Below, piece after piece: positions 11,845 to 21,915 of a DNA stretch of 64,000 nt (position 1 is the first letter of the stretch; each line of letters starts with the position of its first letter). The translations under genes and the position numbers were made by a program. Below the pieces are notes generated by a model. It saw only the letters and a list, made by a program, of their open reading frames with translations. It ran no database searches and was not told where the DNA came from. This DNA is from an uncultured Xanthomonas sp. (GTDB lineage Bacteria; Pseudomonadota; Gammaproteobacteria; Xanthomonadales; Xanthomonadaceae). The stretch spans positions 28,589 through 92,588 of the forward strand of contig CAZGBA010000004.1 in assembly GCA_964523435.1 (NCBI GenBank), written 5' to 3'.

Positions 11845-12507
11845 TCAGTCGCGGTCCGGCGCGCCCAGCGGGAAATACCCACGATAAGGCCGCGCCTCGT
11901 CGACGGCGCGGACCACCGAGGGACGCGCGAGCAGCCGCTGTCGATACGCGTGGACGTTCGCGAACGATGGATCGATGGCGTGGGTCCAGTCGGCGTAGAA
12001 CAGGAACGGCGCGGCGCCGCAATCCGCAAGGCTAAAATGTTCGCCCGCCGCCCATTCGCGATCGCGCATGCGCGTATCCAGCCACGCGTAGGCTTTTTCC
12101 AGCATCGCGCGCGCTTCCGCCACGCCGTGCGCGTCGCGCGCGGCTTCCGGCCGGAGGCTGTCGAAGACGAATTTCTGCTGCGGCGTGGAGACATAGTTGT
12201 CGAAGAAGCGGTCGAGCATGCGCACTTCCAGTGCGGCTTCGGCGTCCTCGGGGATCAGGCGTACCGGTCCGGGAAAGTGCAGGCCGAGATATTCGACGAT
12301 GATGCTGGCTTCGACCACCATGCGCGCACCATCCAGGAGCATAGGAAAGCGGCGAATCGGCCATAGAGACGCGAGTCTGCGGTTGTTCTTCGGTCCGTCT
12401 TCGCCGTCGAGGATACGAAACTCGAACGGCGTGCCGTTCTCGTACAGTGCGATCAGCACTTTCTGCGAATACGATGAAAACGGATGCGCATAAAGTTGAA
12501 GTGACAT
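11845..12507 (-). CDS. Glutathione S-transferase family protein
   Basis: HPFSSYSQKVLIALYE, EASIIVEYL, FSLADC. Confidence 0.88.
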   Translation of the reverse strand: MSLQLYAHPFSSYSQKVLIALYENGTPFEFRILDGEDGPKNNRRLASLWPIRRFPMLLDGARMVVEASIIVEYLGLHFPGPVRLIPEDAEAALEVRMLDRFFDNYVSTPQQKFVFDSLRPEAARDAHGVAEARAMLEKAYAWLDTRMRDREWAAGEHFSLADCGAAPFLFYADWTHAIDPSFANVHAYRQRLLARPSVVRAVDEARPYRGYFPLGAPDRD

Positions 12508-12700
12508 CGCGTGCTCCTGAATCGGCCGGGGATGGTATCGAGACGAACCGGAGGGCGCGGAATCGACATGCGGGCGCGATCGGTCGCCCTGACCATGGCA
12601 TGACCGTGCCGCCGACATGGAACGATACACGCATGGATCCCGTTATCATCGCTGCGAACTGCGATGCCTTCCGGGTCGCGTATGCCAGGAGAACCCCACG

Positions 12701-13090
12701 ATGCGAGCTTTGCGTTCTTCCACCGCGCTGTCGGGCGCCATGTTGTTCGCCCTGTGCGCCAGTGCCCCGGCGTTCGCCTCCGAATCCAACAAGTGGCGCC
12801 TGGAGTTCAGCGGTGCGGCCGAGTCGGCCGGAGAAATGGTGTTCGAGATCGTGCCGAAGGGGCGCGAAGCGGTGCGGGTACGGGTGGTGATCGAACGCAA
12901 CGACGGCGAGAACCGGGTCGCGCGCAAGGTGAAGACCGCGATCGACCGCCAGGCCGGGCGCTGGGTCGATGCCGAGCTGGACGACGGCGAGGATGTGCTG
13001 GTGCAGCGCCGATTGCTCAGACCTCGGGTGTCCATCGTGCTGATCTCCAGCACCGTGAAGGACGTGCGGATCAACTTCGACAAGGAGTGA
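12701..13090 (+). CDS. Secreted hypothetical protein
   Basis: AGGAG RBS, signal peptide ending APAFA. Confidence 0.7.
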   Translation: MRALRSSTALSGAMLFALCASAPAFASESNKWRLEFSGAAESAGEMVFEIVPKGREAVRVRVVIERNDGENRVARKVKTAIDRQAGRWVDAELDDGEDVLVQRRLLRPRVSIVLISSTVKDVRINFDKE

Positions 13091-13171
13091 TCCGAGCAGC
13101 GCGTCGCCCGGCCCGGGTTATCATGCGATGGCGTTTACATTCGTATTCCTGTTGATGTTTCGGAGGCGATC

Positions 13172-13438
13172 ATGGCGACCGGATGGGCAGGCGATGGTGC
13201 CGTGCAGGACCAGATCGACGCCACCGTCAAGGACGGTATCCAGCGTGTGCGCAGTCGGCTGCCGCAGGGCCCCGGGCTGACCCACTGCGAAGACTGCGAT
13301 GCGGACATTCCCGAAGCGCGGCGCAAGGCCGTGCCGGGCGTGCGCCTCTGCGTGAATTGCCAGGAGGCGCGCGACAAGGCGGACGCCACGAACAGCGGCT
13401 ACAACCGTCGCGGCAGCAAGGACAGTCAGCTGCGTTGA
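13172..13438 (+). CDS. DksA/TraR family C4 zinc-finger protein (YbiI-like)
   Basis: MATGWAGDGAVQDQID; CEDC...IPEARR...CVNC; YNRRGSKDSQLR. Confidence 0.9.
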   Translation: MATGWAGDGAVQDQIDATVKDGIQRVRSRLPQGPGLTHCEDCDADIPEARRKAVPGVRLCVNCQEARDKADATNSGYNRRGSKDSQLR

Positions 13439-13443
13439 GCGCC
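13413..13443 (+). repeat. 31-bp direct repeat, copy 1 (3' end of zinc-finger gene)
   Basis: gcagcaaggacagtcagctgcgttgagcgcc identical to 15410-15440. Confidence 0.9.
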
Positions 13444-13778
13444 GTTCGATAGGCGGATCTTATCGGTTCTGTTGCGTCGATCGTGTTTGCGTGCGGCTAC
13501 AGGTGTACTCGATCGCGCTCAACAACGCGCGAAGTTGTGATCGACATCCGCATGTTCGAAATGTCGATCTCCGCGACTGGCCGTCGCTCTGCCGAGGTCG
13601 CGTTGGAAACAGTGGCGGTCCTCGACCGCCAGGCGGTTCAACAGGAAGAAGCGCCAGAACGATCGCAAGCGAAACAGATCGATGCCTGCGCCGGACCACG
13701 GTGTTCCGTTGTGGCCTCCGCGCAGGGGACAGCGCTTCGTGCCGCCTATACGGAAGCCCAATCAAAAGGAGGATACGC

Positions 13779-15242
13779 ATGAACGCATACAGAAAAGCAG
13801 TCCTGGCGCTGGCATGTCTGTCGGCGGTTCCCACCGCTGCAGCGCAGTGGGAGATGACGTCCGGACTGGCCATGCAGCGCGAGGTGCATCGTGGCACCAA
13901 GGAAGTGCGCTACTGCAATGGCCCCGGTGGGTCGATCAGCGTCGGTACCGCGACGCCCGCAGGCAACAACACGAATATGCTGGCCGAGCGCTTGAACAGC
14001 TTGTCGGGCCTCTCGTTCCGTTACGAGTACGATACTGCGGGACTGCCCGAGCAGGCGGCACAGGTGGTCGAGCTTCGCGATGGCACCGGCTTCGCGGTGG
14101 TCGGCAGCATCGATCCTCAATCTCCCACGATACTGGCATCGCGCTTCATCATCACCAAGATCGATTGCGGCGGCATACCGTTGTGGCGGTACTTCTACGG
14201 AGATACCACCGAATACAACACCGGCTTCGATATCCTGCAAACCAGTTCCGGTACGCCGGCTGCACTCACTTTCCCGGGCGATCTGGTGGCTGTCGGCAAA
14301 TACTACAAACCTGCGACAGCGACCACGGCAGCGGTATATCGCACGCGGATCGTGCGCACCAATGTTGCAGGCATGCAGACCTGGGACAATGACTATCAGG
14401 CGTCGTTGCCAGGAGACTTCGAGTTGCAGGCCATCGCCGAACTGGCTCCGGTCGCGCCGCGCACCACGGGGAATCTCGTTGCGGTCGGCCGCATCGGCAG
14501 CGAGACGGCGGTGATGGAGGTCGACGGCGACAATGGCAGTGTGGTCTGTACGGTCCGCACACGCGGCCTCGGTGTGGCGCAGTACCACGATGTGGTTGCG
14601 GTGAAGACCGCAGGCGGGACGTCCGAGTACCTGGCTATCGGCGAAACCAGTGCCGCCGGTACGGCGAAGCAGATCTATCTCTCACGATTCCTGCCCAATT
14701 GCCTGTTGCGCGTACATACGCACTGGGGCGCAACGGCTGACAGCGAGATCGGCTGGGCGACAGACCTCACCTTGCCGACCACGTATGCAGGCGCGCCTCC
14801 TGGCGTGATGGTGGTGGGAGGCGAGGTCAACGGCAATATTCCCTCCGGCTTCAGCCAGGACGCTTTCATGCACCTCGCCCATCCGCAGACGCTCATGCCC
14901 TATGTTCTGCCGAGCGGTCTGCCGGTGATCGGCAAACGTTACGGGACACAGGGGGCGTTGGCAGAGAAAGCGCTCACCCTCTCGTCAGCGAACAACGGTG
15001 CATATTTCGCAGGTTCCTCGTCGACCAACTGGTGGGGCAATGGCGACCTGCTGCATGCGCTCACCGTACGGGCTGACGCCACTGCATTCAAGACGTCGTG
15101 TGCGATCGACTGGAAAACGCCAGCGTTCAACCTGCCGCTGGGGAGCGGGACATTCGGTGTTGCCCGGACGCCCAAGTTCTCTGGTGGCTTGCAGTTGCCG
15201 ACCAAGAAGTACATCGACGCGCAGCGACCCTGTTGTCAATAA
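13779..15242 (+). CDS. Secreted hypothetical protein, probable beta-propeller
   Basis: AGGAGG RBS; signal peptide; recurring G.(L/F)(V/A)(A/V)VG-like strands. Confidence 0.75.
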   Translation: MNAYRKAVLALACLSAVPTAAAQWEMTSGLAMQREVHRGTKEVRYCNGPGGSISVGTATPAGNNTNMLAERLNSLSGLSFRYEYDTAGLPEQAAQVVELRDGTGFAVVGSIDPQSPTILASRFIITKIDCGGIPLWRYFYGDTTEYNTGFDILQTSSGTPAALTFPGDLVAVGKYYKPATATTAAVYRTRIVRTNVAGMQTWDNDYQASLPGDFELQAIAELAPVAPRTTGNLVAVGRIGSETAVMEVDGDNGSVVCTVRTRGLGVAQYHDVVAVKTAGGTSEYLAIGETSAAGTAKQIYLSRFLPNCLLRVHTHWGATADSEIGWATDLTLPTTYAGAPPGVMVVGGEVNGNIPSGFSQDAFMHLAHPQTLMPYVLPSGLPVIGKRYGTQGALAEKALTLSSANNGAYFAGSSSTNWWGNGDLLHALTVRADATAFKTSCAIDWKTPAFNLPLGSGTFGVARTPKFSGGLQLPTKKYIDAQRPCCQ

Positions 15243-15409
15243 AGAGACACCCCGATCGGAATACGGCATCGCTGGGACGGGCAGCTCCGCCCGGCGGTGT
15301 CGCATTCAACCCGCCGCAGATCAAACGCATGAAACACGCGTAGCGCGCCGAGATTGCAGTCCTTGGCGTGGTCCTGGATCTCTGGGCCGGTTCATGCGGT
15401 CTCGGTGCT

Positions 15410-15440
15410 GCAGCAAGGACAGTCAGCTGCGTTGAGCGCC
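15410..15440 (+). repeat. 31-bp direct repeat, copy 2
   Basis: Identical to 13413-13443. Confidence 0.9.
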
Positions 15441-15486
15441 AAGCGGTGCGTCTTCCTGAACGGCGAGGTCTGTAGTCGGCTCAGGT

Positions 15487-15502
15487 TGTGATCGATATCA
15501 CG
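15487..15502. promoter_or_regulatory. CRP/Clp-like binding site
   Basis: TGTGA-tcgata-TCACG, 9/10 match to TGTGA-N6-TCACA. Confidence 0.4.
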
Positions 15503-15665
15503 AGTCGTCGATCGCACTGGCCAGTGGTTGGCCGGCGTTGGCGCTGCGGCACGTTGGTACGGGTGGCGGTCACGACCGTCCAAGGCAATCCCCCGAAGTC
15601 CTTACGATCAGCATGGACCCCAAGCCTCAACCGTAACCGCAACACAGCGACTGATAGACGAAGCC

Positions 15666-15692
15666 GTCGGGGCGGGCGTCTCCGCCCCGACG
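15666..15692. terminator. Terminator-like hairpin
   Basis: cgtcggggcgg...ccgccccgacg after stop of minus-strand gene. Confidence 0.55.
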
Positions 15693-15704
15693 ATGTCACA
15701 GCGG

Positions 15705-16391
15705 TCAGCTCCGCCGCAGCCACCATACGAACAGCGCGAGCAGCACGCTGACGACGATGGCGATCTTCAGCACCGAACCGGAACGGGTCTTCTGACCCGG
15801 AAGCGCGCTGCGGTCGTAGTCGCCGTAGAACAGGCGCGCGCGGATGGCCTTGGGGTCGAGGTGCTTGCGATCCTGCAGCGCCAGACGGACTTCGACGTAA
15901 GTCCTGTCGGGGAAGCTGTAGGCATGCCCCTCGCGGCCGACCCACGCCGCCTGCGGTGCATCGCCCACGTTGACGACGCTTTCGCCCATGTAGGCGGTGC
16001 GGATGCCGATGACGCCCAGCGTGATCGGGATCGCGCAAGGGTCGCGCGCTTCGGGGCATTCGATGCCGATATCGATCAGCGCTTCGCCTTCCTCGTCCTC
16101 GCTCGGGCGCGTCGCGGCGTAGTCGATGAGCAGGGTGACCGGACCCTTGCTGGCGTCGTAATTGAAATGTCCGACTTCCAGCCGGCTGAAATCCTTGGCC
16201 TGCGCCAGGATGTCCGGGCCGGTCCAGGTGGTGTCGGCCAGAATTTCCAGCGGCTTCGCCGGATCCTTGCTTTCCAGCGGCATCGGCAGCGCGTTCGACT
16301 GTGCGAATACGCCAAGCGATGTTGCGACGAGCGCGACCAGCAGCATGAAGCGGTGCATGTTGCGGTGCGTGGCGATGCGGGGTTCGATCAT
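15705..16391 (-). CDS. Exported protein with C-terminal membrane anchor
   Basis: N-terminal signal (start may be 16358); C-terminal TM plus WWLRRS. Confidence 0.7.
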   Translation of the reverse strand: MIEPRIATHRNMHRFMLLVALVATSLGVFAQSNALPMPLESKDPAKPLEILADTTWTGPDILAQAKDFSRLEVGHFNYDASKGPVTLLIDYAATRPSEDEEGEALIDIGIECPEARDPCAIPITLGVIGIRTAYMGESVVNVGDAPQAAWVGREGHAYSFPDRTYVEVRLALQDRKHLDPKAIRARLFYGDYDRSALPGQKTRSGSVLKIAIVVSVLLALFVWWLRRS

Positions 16392-16425
16392 GTCGGAACC
16401 ATCCGGGACGAGTGAAGGGAGACGA

Positions 16426-16794
16426 TCATTCGATGAGCCGCCAGCCAACCGGGCCGTCGAACATCGTCACCTTGGTGTCGATGCTTTCGGTTTGCGTTTT
16501 GACCGGCGGGAAACTCGCGCTGTAGGTAATATCGCACACGTACACGCGCTCGCTGCCGGTGCAGCCGCGCTTGCTGACCGAATGCAGTTGGATATCGAAC
16601 CGGATATCGCGGAAGCTGCCGGCGGAACCGAGGTTGATCTTCACGCCGCCGCGATCGTTGTAGTGGTCGAGATGCTCGCGCAGCGCGCGTTCAAGATCGT
16701 CCTGGTCGGGTTCGTTGCCGCTGGCGCCGCAGGCGGTGAGCGCGAGAAGCGCTGCGAACAGGCATATCCGTAAAAAATCGTTCGTGAGCCCCAT
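16426..16794 (-). CDS. Small hypothetical lipoprotein
   Basis: Lipobox LTAC; Cys pair. Confidence 0.7.
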   Translation of the reverse strand: MGLTNDFLRICLFAALLALTACGASGNEPDQDDLERALREHLDHYNDRGGVKINLGSAGSFRDIRFDIQLHSVSKRGCTGSERVYVCDITYSASFPPVKTQTESIDTKVTMFDGPVGWRLIE

Positions 16795-16932
16795 CGCACC
16801 CCCTGCGCGGACTGGTTCCGTGTGGACCGATTCAGCGCGGGAGAATAGCCCAGCCGACAGGGCTTGTCGCCGTGGCCCGAAGACGCTGCGATGCTTCCGC
16901 AGCGTCTCCGGGCACGGGATGTCACGCCTGCA

Positions 16933-18753
16933 TCAAGGCTGGTAGGTGATCTTCAACGTCGCCGTCGCGCCCTTGTCGATCCAGAGGTAGTTCGTCGTGG
17001 TCTGGTTGTTGGCGAAGCGCAGCCGCAGTTGGGTGCGGCCGGTTTTGTTGATCGCGGCGAGGCCGCTGGCGGCGAAGAGATTGCTGGTCTGGTTGCCGCC
17101 GGTGAACGACAGCAGCTGCGCGACGGCGCTGGATGTGGTGGCTGCGGCCCAGTCGCCGGTTTCGATGGTGCAGGCGCCGAGGCAGCCGGTGTGCGCGTCG
17201 ATCACCAGACTGTTGCCGGCGGGATTGCTCCACGGATCGCCCGAAGCGCTGCGATAGGCGACGGTGAGTGTGGCCGAGGTCACGGTGGCGCCGTCGGGCA
17301 GCGATGAAGTGTCGAACGACAGCAGTGTGCGATTGAATTTGCTGTCGGTGCCGCGACCGATGGCAAGGCCGAGACTCGATTCCAGCGTGCCGACAGCAGG
17401 TGCGGTGCCGCCGCTGCCGGCTTTGACGTAGCCGTCGTTGGCGTCTTCGTTGGAGAAGGTGACGGTGACCGGCGTCGTGCCGCCACCACCGCCGCCGGTG
17501 ACGGTCACGTTCACCGAAGGCGAGCTGCCGGAATTGCCGGCGAGATCGATCGCCCGCGCCTGCAGTGCGTGCGCACCGTTGCTGGCGGTGGCGCTGTTCC
17601 AACTGTAGGTGTAGGGCGCGGTGGCGTCGCTGCCGAGCAGCGCGCCATCGAGCAGGAATTCGACGTGATCCACGCCGATGTTGTCGCTGGCGTTCGCGGC
17701 GATCGCGACGGTGCCGCTGACCGTGGCGCCGTTGGCGGGTGCGGTGATCGTTGCGCTCGGCGCGACGCCGTCGAGATTGTCCAGGCCGAAGAAGCGCGCG
17801 ATGTAGTAGCTCGAGCACAGATTCACATCGAGGATGTACGCGCCTGCAGTGCCGCATTGGGTCGCGCCAGCGCCGGGGTCCACAGGGGTGCCATGGCCCA
17901 TCCCGGTGATGGTGTAGGTTTCGACCCGCGTTTGTCCCGCAGCGGTCTTGTAGACCTTGTGCGGAAAACCCCCGACGGTATCGCTGACTTCCGGCGTCTG
18001 GTCGATGCCGTGCACGTTGGTCCACTGTTCCATGCTTTCGGTCAGATTCATGGGACGCACGACGAAATCGCCATCGCCGTGCCAGATCGAGACGATCGGC
18101 CAAGGTCCGGTCCAGGTCGAGGATGCGCGCACCTTGTCGCCCCACTGCGCAGGGGTGAGATTGCTGCCGGGATTCATGCAACTGAAGGCGGCGCTCTGGC
18201 TGGTCGCGCAGCGATGCGGCAGCCCGGCGATGATGGCCCCGCCAGCGAATACATCGGGATACGCGGCGAGCATGGTCGATGTCATCCCGCCGCCGGCGGA
18301 CAGTCCGGTGATGTAGACGCGCGATGCAGCGGTGCCGTGATCGACGATCATGCGGTCGACCATCTGTTTGATCGACAGCGCTTCGCCCTGGCCACGGGTG
18401 GTATCGACCGTTTCGAACCAGTTGAAGCAACCGCTGGAATTGTTGGCGCTCTGTTGCTGCGGCAGCAGCAGCGCGAAGCGGAAGCGATCCGCGAACAGCT
18501 GCCAGCCGGTTTCTGCATCGTAGTTCGCTGCGGTCTGCGAGCAGCCGTGCAGCGCGACGACCAGCGGTGCGTTCGTCGACAGTCCGCTCGGCACGTATTT
18601 GAACATGCGCAGATTGCCGGGATTGCTGCCGAAGCCGGTGACTTCCGTCTGCGCGAACGCAGGCGGAGCGATCAGCGCCAACAACAGCGCCAGCAGCGCG
18701 AGCGGTCGACGTGCGGCGGGAACGATACGGACAGCGAATGAAATGGCGGACAT
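16933..18753 (-). CDS. Extracellular PHB-depolymerase-family esterase with Ig-like and C-terminal DNRLRE-like domains
   Basis: LHGC oxyanion motif, GLSAGG nucleophile, WHGDGD, GMGHG; Ig-like ITAPANGATVSG; LLSFDTSSLPDGATVTSATL. Confidence 0.85.
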   Translation of the reverse strand: MSAISFAVRIVPAARRPLALLALLLALIAPPAFAQTEVTGFGSNPGNLRMFKYVPSGLSTNAPLVVALHGCSQTAANYDAETGWQLFADRFRFALLLPQQQSANNSSGCFNWFETVDTTRGQGEALSIKQMVDRMIVDHGTAASRVYITGLSAGGGMTSTMLAAYPDVFAGGAIIAGLPHRCATSQSAAFSCMNPGSNLTPAQWGDKVRASSTWTGPWPIVSIWHGDGDFVVRPMNLTESMEQWTNVHGIDQTPEVSDTVGGFPHKVYKTAAGQTRVETYTITGMGHGTPVDPGAGATQCGTAGAYILDVNLCSSYYIARFFGLDNLDGVAPSATITAPANGATVSGTVAIAANASDNIGVDHVEFLLDGALLGSDATAPYTYSWNSATASNGAHALQARAIDLAGNSGSSPSVNVTVTGGGGGGTTPVTVTFSNEDANDGYVKAGSGGTAPAVGTLESSLGLAIGRGTDSKFNRTLLSFDTSSLPDGATVTSATLTVAYRSASGDPWSNPAGNSLVIDAHTGCLGACTIETGDWAAATTSSAVAQLLSFTGGNQTSNLFAASGLAAINKTGRTQLRLRFANNQTTTNYLWIDKGATATLKITYQP

Positions 18754-18879
18754 CGACGGCACCTCCTGTGGCGGATGGCGGCAGTGGGCCACAGGGTTTG
18801 GTGTTGCGACATTGGTCGATGGGGCAAGCTGCGCTGCAACAAAAAGCGACGCGGCGAGCGTTCGGCCGCAGTTCGTGGA

Positions 18880-19917
18880 TCAGTCGCTGTCGTCGTTTCC
18901 GGTGTCGGCGCGTTCTTCCGGAGACATCCACCACTGGCCGCCGTTCGACGGTGGCGCGCCTGGTGCAGCATCGCGACTTTCGATCGCATCCAGCCACCTG
19001 CCGGTGCCGTTCGCTTTCCATCGTTCGATCAGTCGCGTCACCGAATGCCGGCTCTGTGTGGCGATGCCGAGATTGCGTTCGGGCCGCCAGTCGGCGTGCT
19101 TATCGACAGCGTGCTTATCAACAGCATGTTTATCTGAAGCGGTCTTATCGATCGCATGCGCGTCGCTGCCCCGGTGCGGCGCGCCGTAGCTGCAGCGCAG
19201 GCAGTAGTGGGCGATGCTTTCGGTCCAGTCTTCGATAAATGCGATGCCCGGAATGCGCGCGTCCACCAGGACGTCGAGATCATCGCGCTGCGGGCAGTTC
19301 ACGAAGATGGCGAAGGTCTGGTATTCCGAGACTTCCAATCGTTCCAGAACGTTGAACACCGGCACCATGCTCTGATGGAAACGGCGCTGGCCGGTGGCGG
19401 CGCCATCGTGCAGCACGATATCGCCGTAGCGGTAACCGCTGTCGGGCAACGGAACATTGATCAAACGTGCGCGCACCGGGTCGATGCGACGACCGAACAG
19501 GGTTTCGCCACGATCCCATGCATTCAACCGGAGGCTGGCGACACCGAAATTGCCGTCGAAGGCGCCATCGCCATCGCCATCGCCATCGGGCATCCGGATT
19601 CCGCAGTCCGTCCATTGGCGTCGCGCTTCGCTCCAATCGCCGAGCGCGGTCGCGGCGATCGCGGCGTTCCAGCGCGATGCTTCGTCCGCATCGGTACGCA
19701 ACGCGAGCGAACGCAGATTGTGCCGCAGCGACATCGGCCAATCGCGCAGGTATTTGCACACCAGCCCTTGCATGTAGTGGTAGTCGGGCGCGTTCGGCGC
19801 AACCGCCAGCAGGCTGTCGAACCGGGCGCGCGCTTCGATCAGGTCGCCGTTGTCGTAGGCGGCATAGGCGCGCGCGGCGAGCGCGTCGAGATCGGCAGGG
19901 GGCGGGTCGACGCGCAT
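18880..19917 (-). CDS. Tetratricopeptide-repeat protein
   Basis: N-terminal TPR-like helices (YHYMQGLVCKYLRDW, WNAAIAATALGDW); GDIVLHDG; CLRCSYG. Confidence 0.75.
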   Translation of the reverse strand: MRVDPPPADLDALAARAYAAYDNGDLIEARARFDSLLAVAPNAPDYHYMQGLVCKYLRDWPMSLRHNLRSLALRTDADEASRWNAAIAATALGDWSEARRQWTDCGIRMPDGDGDGDGAFDGNFGVASLRLNAWDRGETLFGRRIDPVRARLINVPLPDSGYRYGDIVLHDGAATGQRRFHQSMVPVFNVLERLEVSEYQTFAIFVNCPQRDDLDVLVDARIPGIAFIEDWTESIAHYCLRCSYGAPHRGSDAHAIDKTASDKHAVDKHAVDKHADWRPERNLGIATQSRHSVTRLIERWKANGTGRWLDAIESRDAAPGAPPSNGGQWWMSPEERADTGNDDSD

Positions 19918-19996
19918 GTCCGAAACTCTCGGAAGACTGGCCTGCATCCTGCCATCGGCAGCGTCCGGCGCATAGCGCTGCGGCAATCGCCGGGCG

Positions 19997-20923
19997 TCAG
20001 CGGCCTGCCGACCAGAGCGCGATGGCCAGCACCAGGCCGTGCGCCTGCGCCGCCACCAGCGTGATGACGATCGCGGGCCGTAGTTTCTGCGGAGTGGAGG
20101 CGAATCTGGCGATCATCGCCGCGCCCGTCAGCGACAAGGCCAGCGTGGGCAGCGCAGCGACGGCGGCCGTCGGCAGCGCGTCAAGACCGATCGCGATGGC
20201 GACCCAGCCGTGCGCGATCATCGCGAGCGCGGCGTACAGCAGTGCGGCCCGACGCGGCCCCAAGATCACGGCCAGCGTGCGTTTGTCGACCCGCGCATCG
20301 GAGGCGGCGTCCGGAAGCCCGTTCACCAACAGCAGATTGGCGATCAGCAGCGCATAGCCGACGCCAGCGATGGCCGGCAATGTCGAAAAATCGCCGCGCT
20401 GCACGTAATCCGTGCCGATCGCGAGCAGCCACCACGCCATCGCCACGCTCAGCTCGCCCAATCCGCGCCCCATCAATCGCAGCGGCGGCATCGAATACGT
20501 CCACACCAGCGCAAGCCCCGCCGCACCGATCCACCACAGCCCGTTCGCGGGCAGCGATGCGGCCAGTGCCGTGCCGCCGACCGCCGACACCAGCAGCAAA
20601 GCCGACGCCAGACGCCAGGTTTGCGCGATCGTGGTCGCGCCGGTCTGGATCAGTCGGGAGCCCCCGGTGAACGGTGCGATGCCGGTGTCGTTGCCGTCGT
20701 CGGCGCCGCTGAGCGCATCGGCGTAATCGTTGAGGACGTTGGCCGCAGCGTGCGCCACGAGGGCAAGGATCAGGGTGATCGCTGCGAGCCATGGCGACAG
20801 CGCCACGCCGGATGCGTGCGCGCTGCCCAGACCGATCGCGACGCCGACGGCGGTGGCGGTCAGGAAGCCCGGGCGGGTCATGCGCCACAGGGTCTTCCAT
20901 CGGAGGTCGGGCGCGGCAGGCAT
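19997..20923 (-). CDS. UbiA/MenA-family prenyltransferase
   Basis: NVLNDYAD, GGSR, NGLPD...D...DKRTL; multiple TM helices. Confidence 0.85.
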   Translation of the reverse strand: MPAAPDLRWKTLWRMTRPGFLTATAVGVAIGLGSAHASGVALSPWLAAITLILALVAHAAANVLNDYADALSGADDGNDTGIAPFTGGSRLIQTGATTIAQTWRLASALLLVSAVGGTALAASLPANGLWWIGAAGLALVWTYSMPPLRLMGRGLGELSVAMAWWLLAIGTDYVQRGDFSTLPAIAGVGYALLIANLLLVNGLPDAASDARVDKRTLAVILGPRRAALLYAALAMIAHGWVAIAIGLDALPTAAVAALPTLALSLTGAAMIARFASTPQKLRPAIVITLVAAQAHGLVLAIALWSAGR

Positions 20924-21032
20924 GGGGCGGCATGGTACGCGAGCCGCTCCGGCCGTGAACGGTGTGCGCTGTTGCGGGACGGTTTGTGGTTGTATCGTGG
21001 CCGAATGCGGGTCGGGATTCTGGGAGGACGCT

Positions 21033-21824
21033 GTGAACGATGACACCGGAGGAGATGGCACTGGGGCGCCGGAAGAAATTCCGCGGCCTTTCGTCGTGCC
21101 CTGTGCTGTTCTGGATGCCGGCGCACCGCTGCGCTGGCTGCGTGCGGGATGGCGCGATCTGCGCGCCGCACCCGGGCTGTCGATGATCTTCGGCGTGGTG
21201 ATCGTGCTGGTCAGCGCCGGCATCTCGCTGCTGGCGTGGAATCTCGGGCGCTTCGCTTTGTTGGCGACGCTGCTGTCGGGATTCGTGTTCGTCGCGCCGT
21301 TGATCTGCGTTGGCCTGTATTGCGTCAGTCGCGCGCTGGCGTGCGGACGCACGCCGACGCTCGGCGATTCGTTCGTGCTCGCGCGTCGCGTGGTCGGGCA
21401 GGCGGGCGTCTTCGCGCTGGCCCAGGGCGTGATCGTGCTGCTGTGGTCGCGCGCGGGCATGATGGTCGGCGCGTTCTTTCCGATCGACGAAAGCAACGCG
21501 CACACGCTGTGGGAGTTCCTCGCGATCGGCTCCGCGGTCGGCTCGATCTTCGCCGCGTTGACCTTCGCGGTCGCGGCCTTCTCGCTGCCGATGATCGCCG
21601 ACCGCGATGTCGACATGATCACCGCTGCGGTCTCCAGCGTGAATGCGGTCCTGCGCAACAAGGCGGTGCTGCTGTTGTGGGCGGCGATCATCGCGGTGCT
21701 GACTGCGATCGGCTTCGCCACCGCACTGCTGGGGCTGGGCATCCTGATGCCGTGGCTGGCGTATGCGGCCTGGCACGGCTACCGCGAGACGCTCGATGCG
21801 AGCGCATGGCCTGCGCTGGATTGA
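21033..21824 (+). CDS. DUF2189 integral membrane protein
   Basis: PLRWLRAGWRDL, GLY.VSR, P...YAAWHGYR; GTG start with GGAGG. Confidence 0.85.
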   Translation: MNDDTGGDGTGAPEEIPRPFVVPCAVLDAGAPLRWLRAGWRDLRAAPGLSMIFGVVIVLVSAGISLLAWNLGRFALLATLLSGFVFVAPLICVGLYCVSRALACGRTPTLGDSFVLARRVVGQAGVFALAQGVIVLLWSRAGMMVGAFFPIDESNAHTLWEFLAIGSAVGSIFAALTFAVAAFSLPMIADRDVDMITAAVSSVNAVLRNKAVLLLWAAIIAVLTAIGFATALLGLGILMPWLAYAAWHGYRETLDASAWPALD

Positions 21825-21915
21825 ACCCGTGCGCGCCGAGGTGCGGTGAGACGGCTTTGCGGCGATAATGCGGCACCGCAGACAACGCTGCGGCCACCAT
21901 CGACAAGGTTCCCCG

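Noticed and set aside
15243-15409. Integron attC site after the islet gene
   Set aside because: A hairpin is present, but there are no RYYYAAC/GTTRRRY boxes and no integrase.
15705-15800. GlyGly-CTERM/PEP-CTERM sorting signal on the C-terminally anchored protein
   Set aside because: TM plus RR is present but the signature motif is absent.
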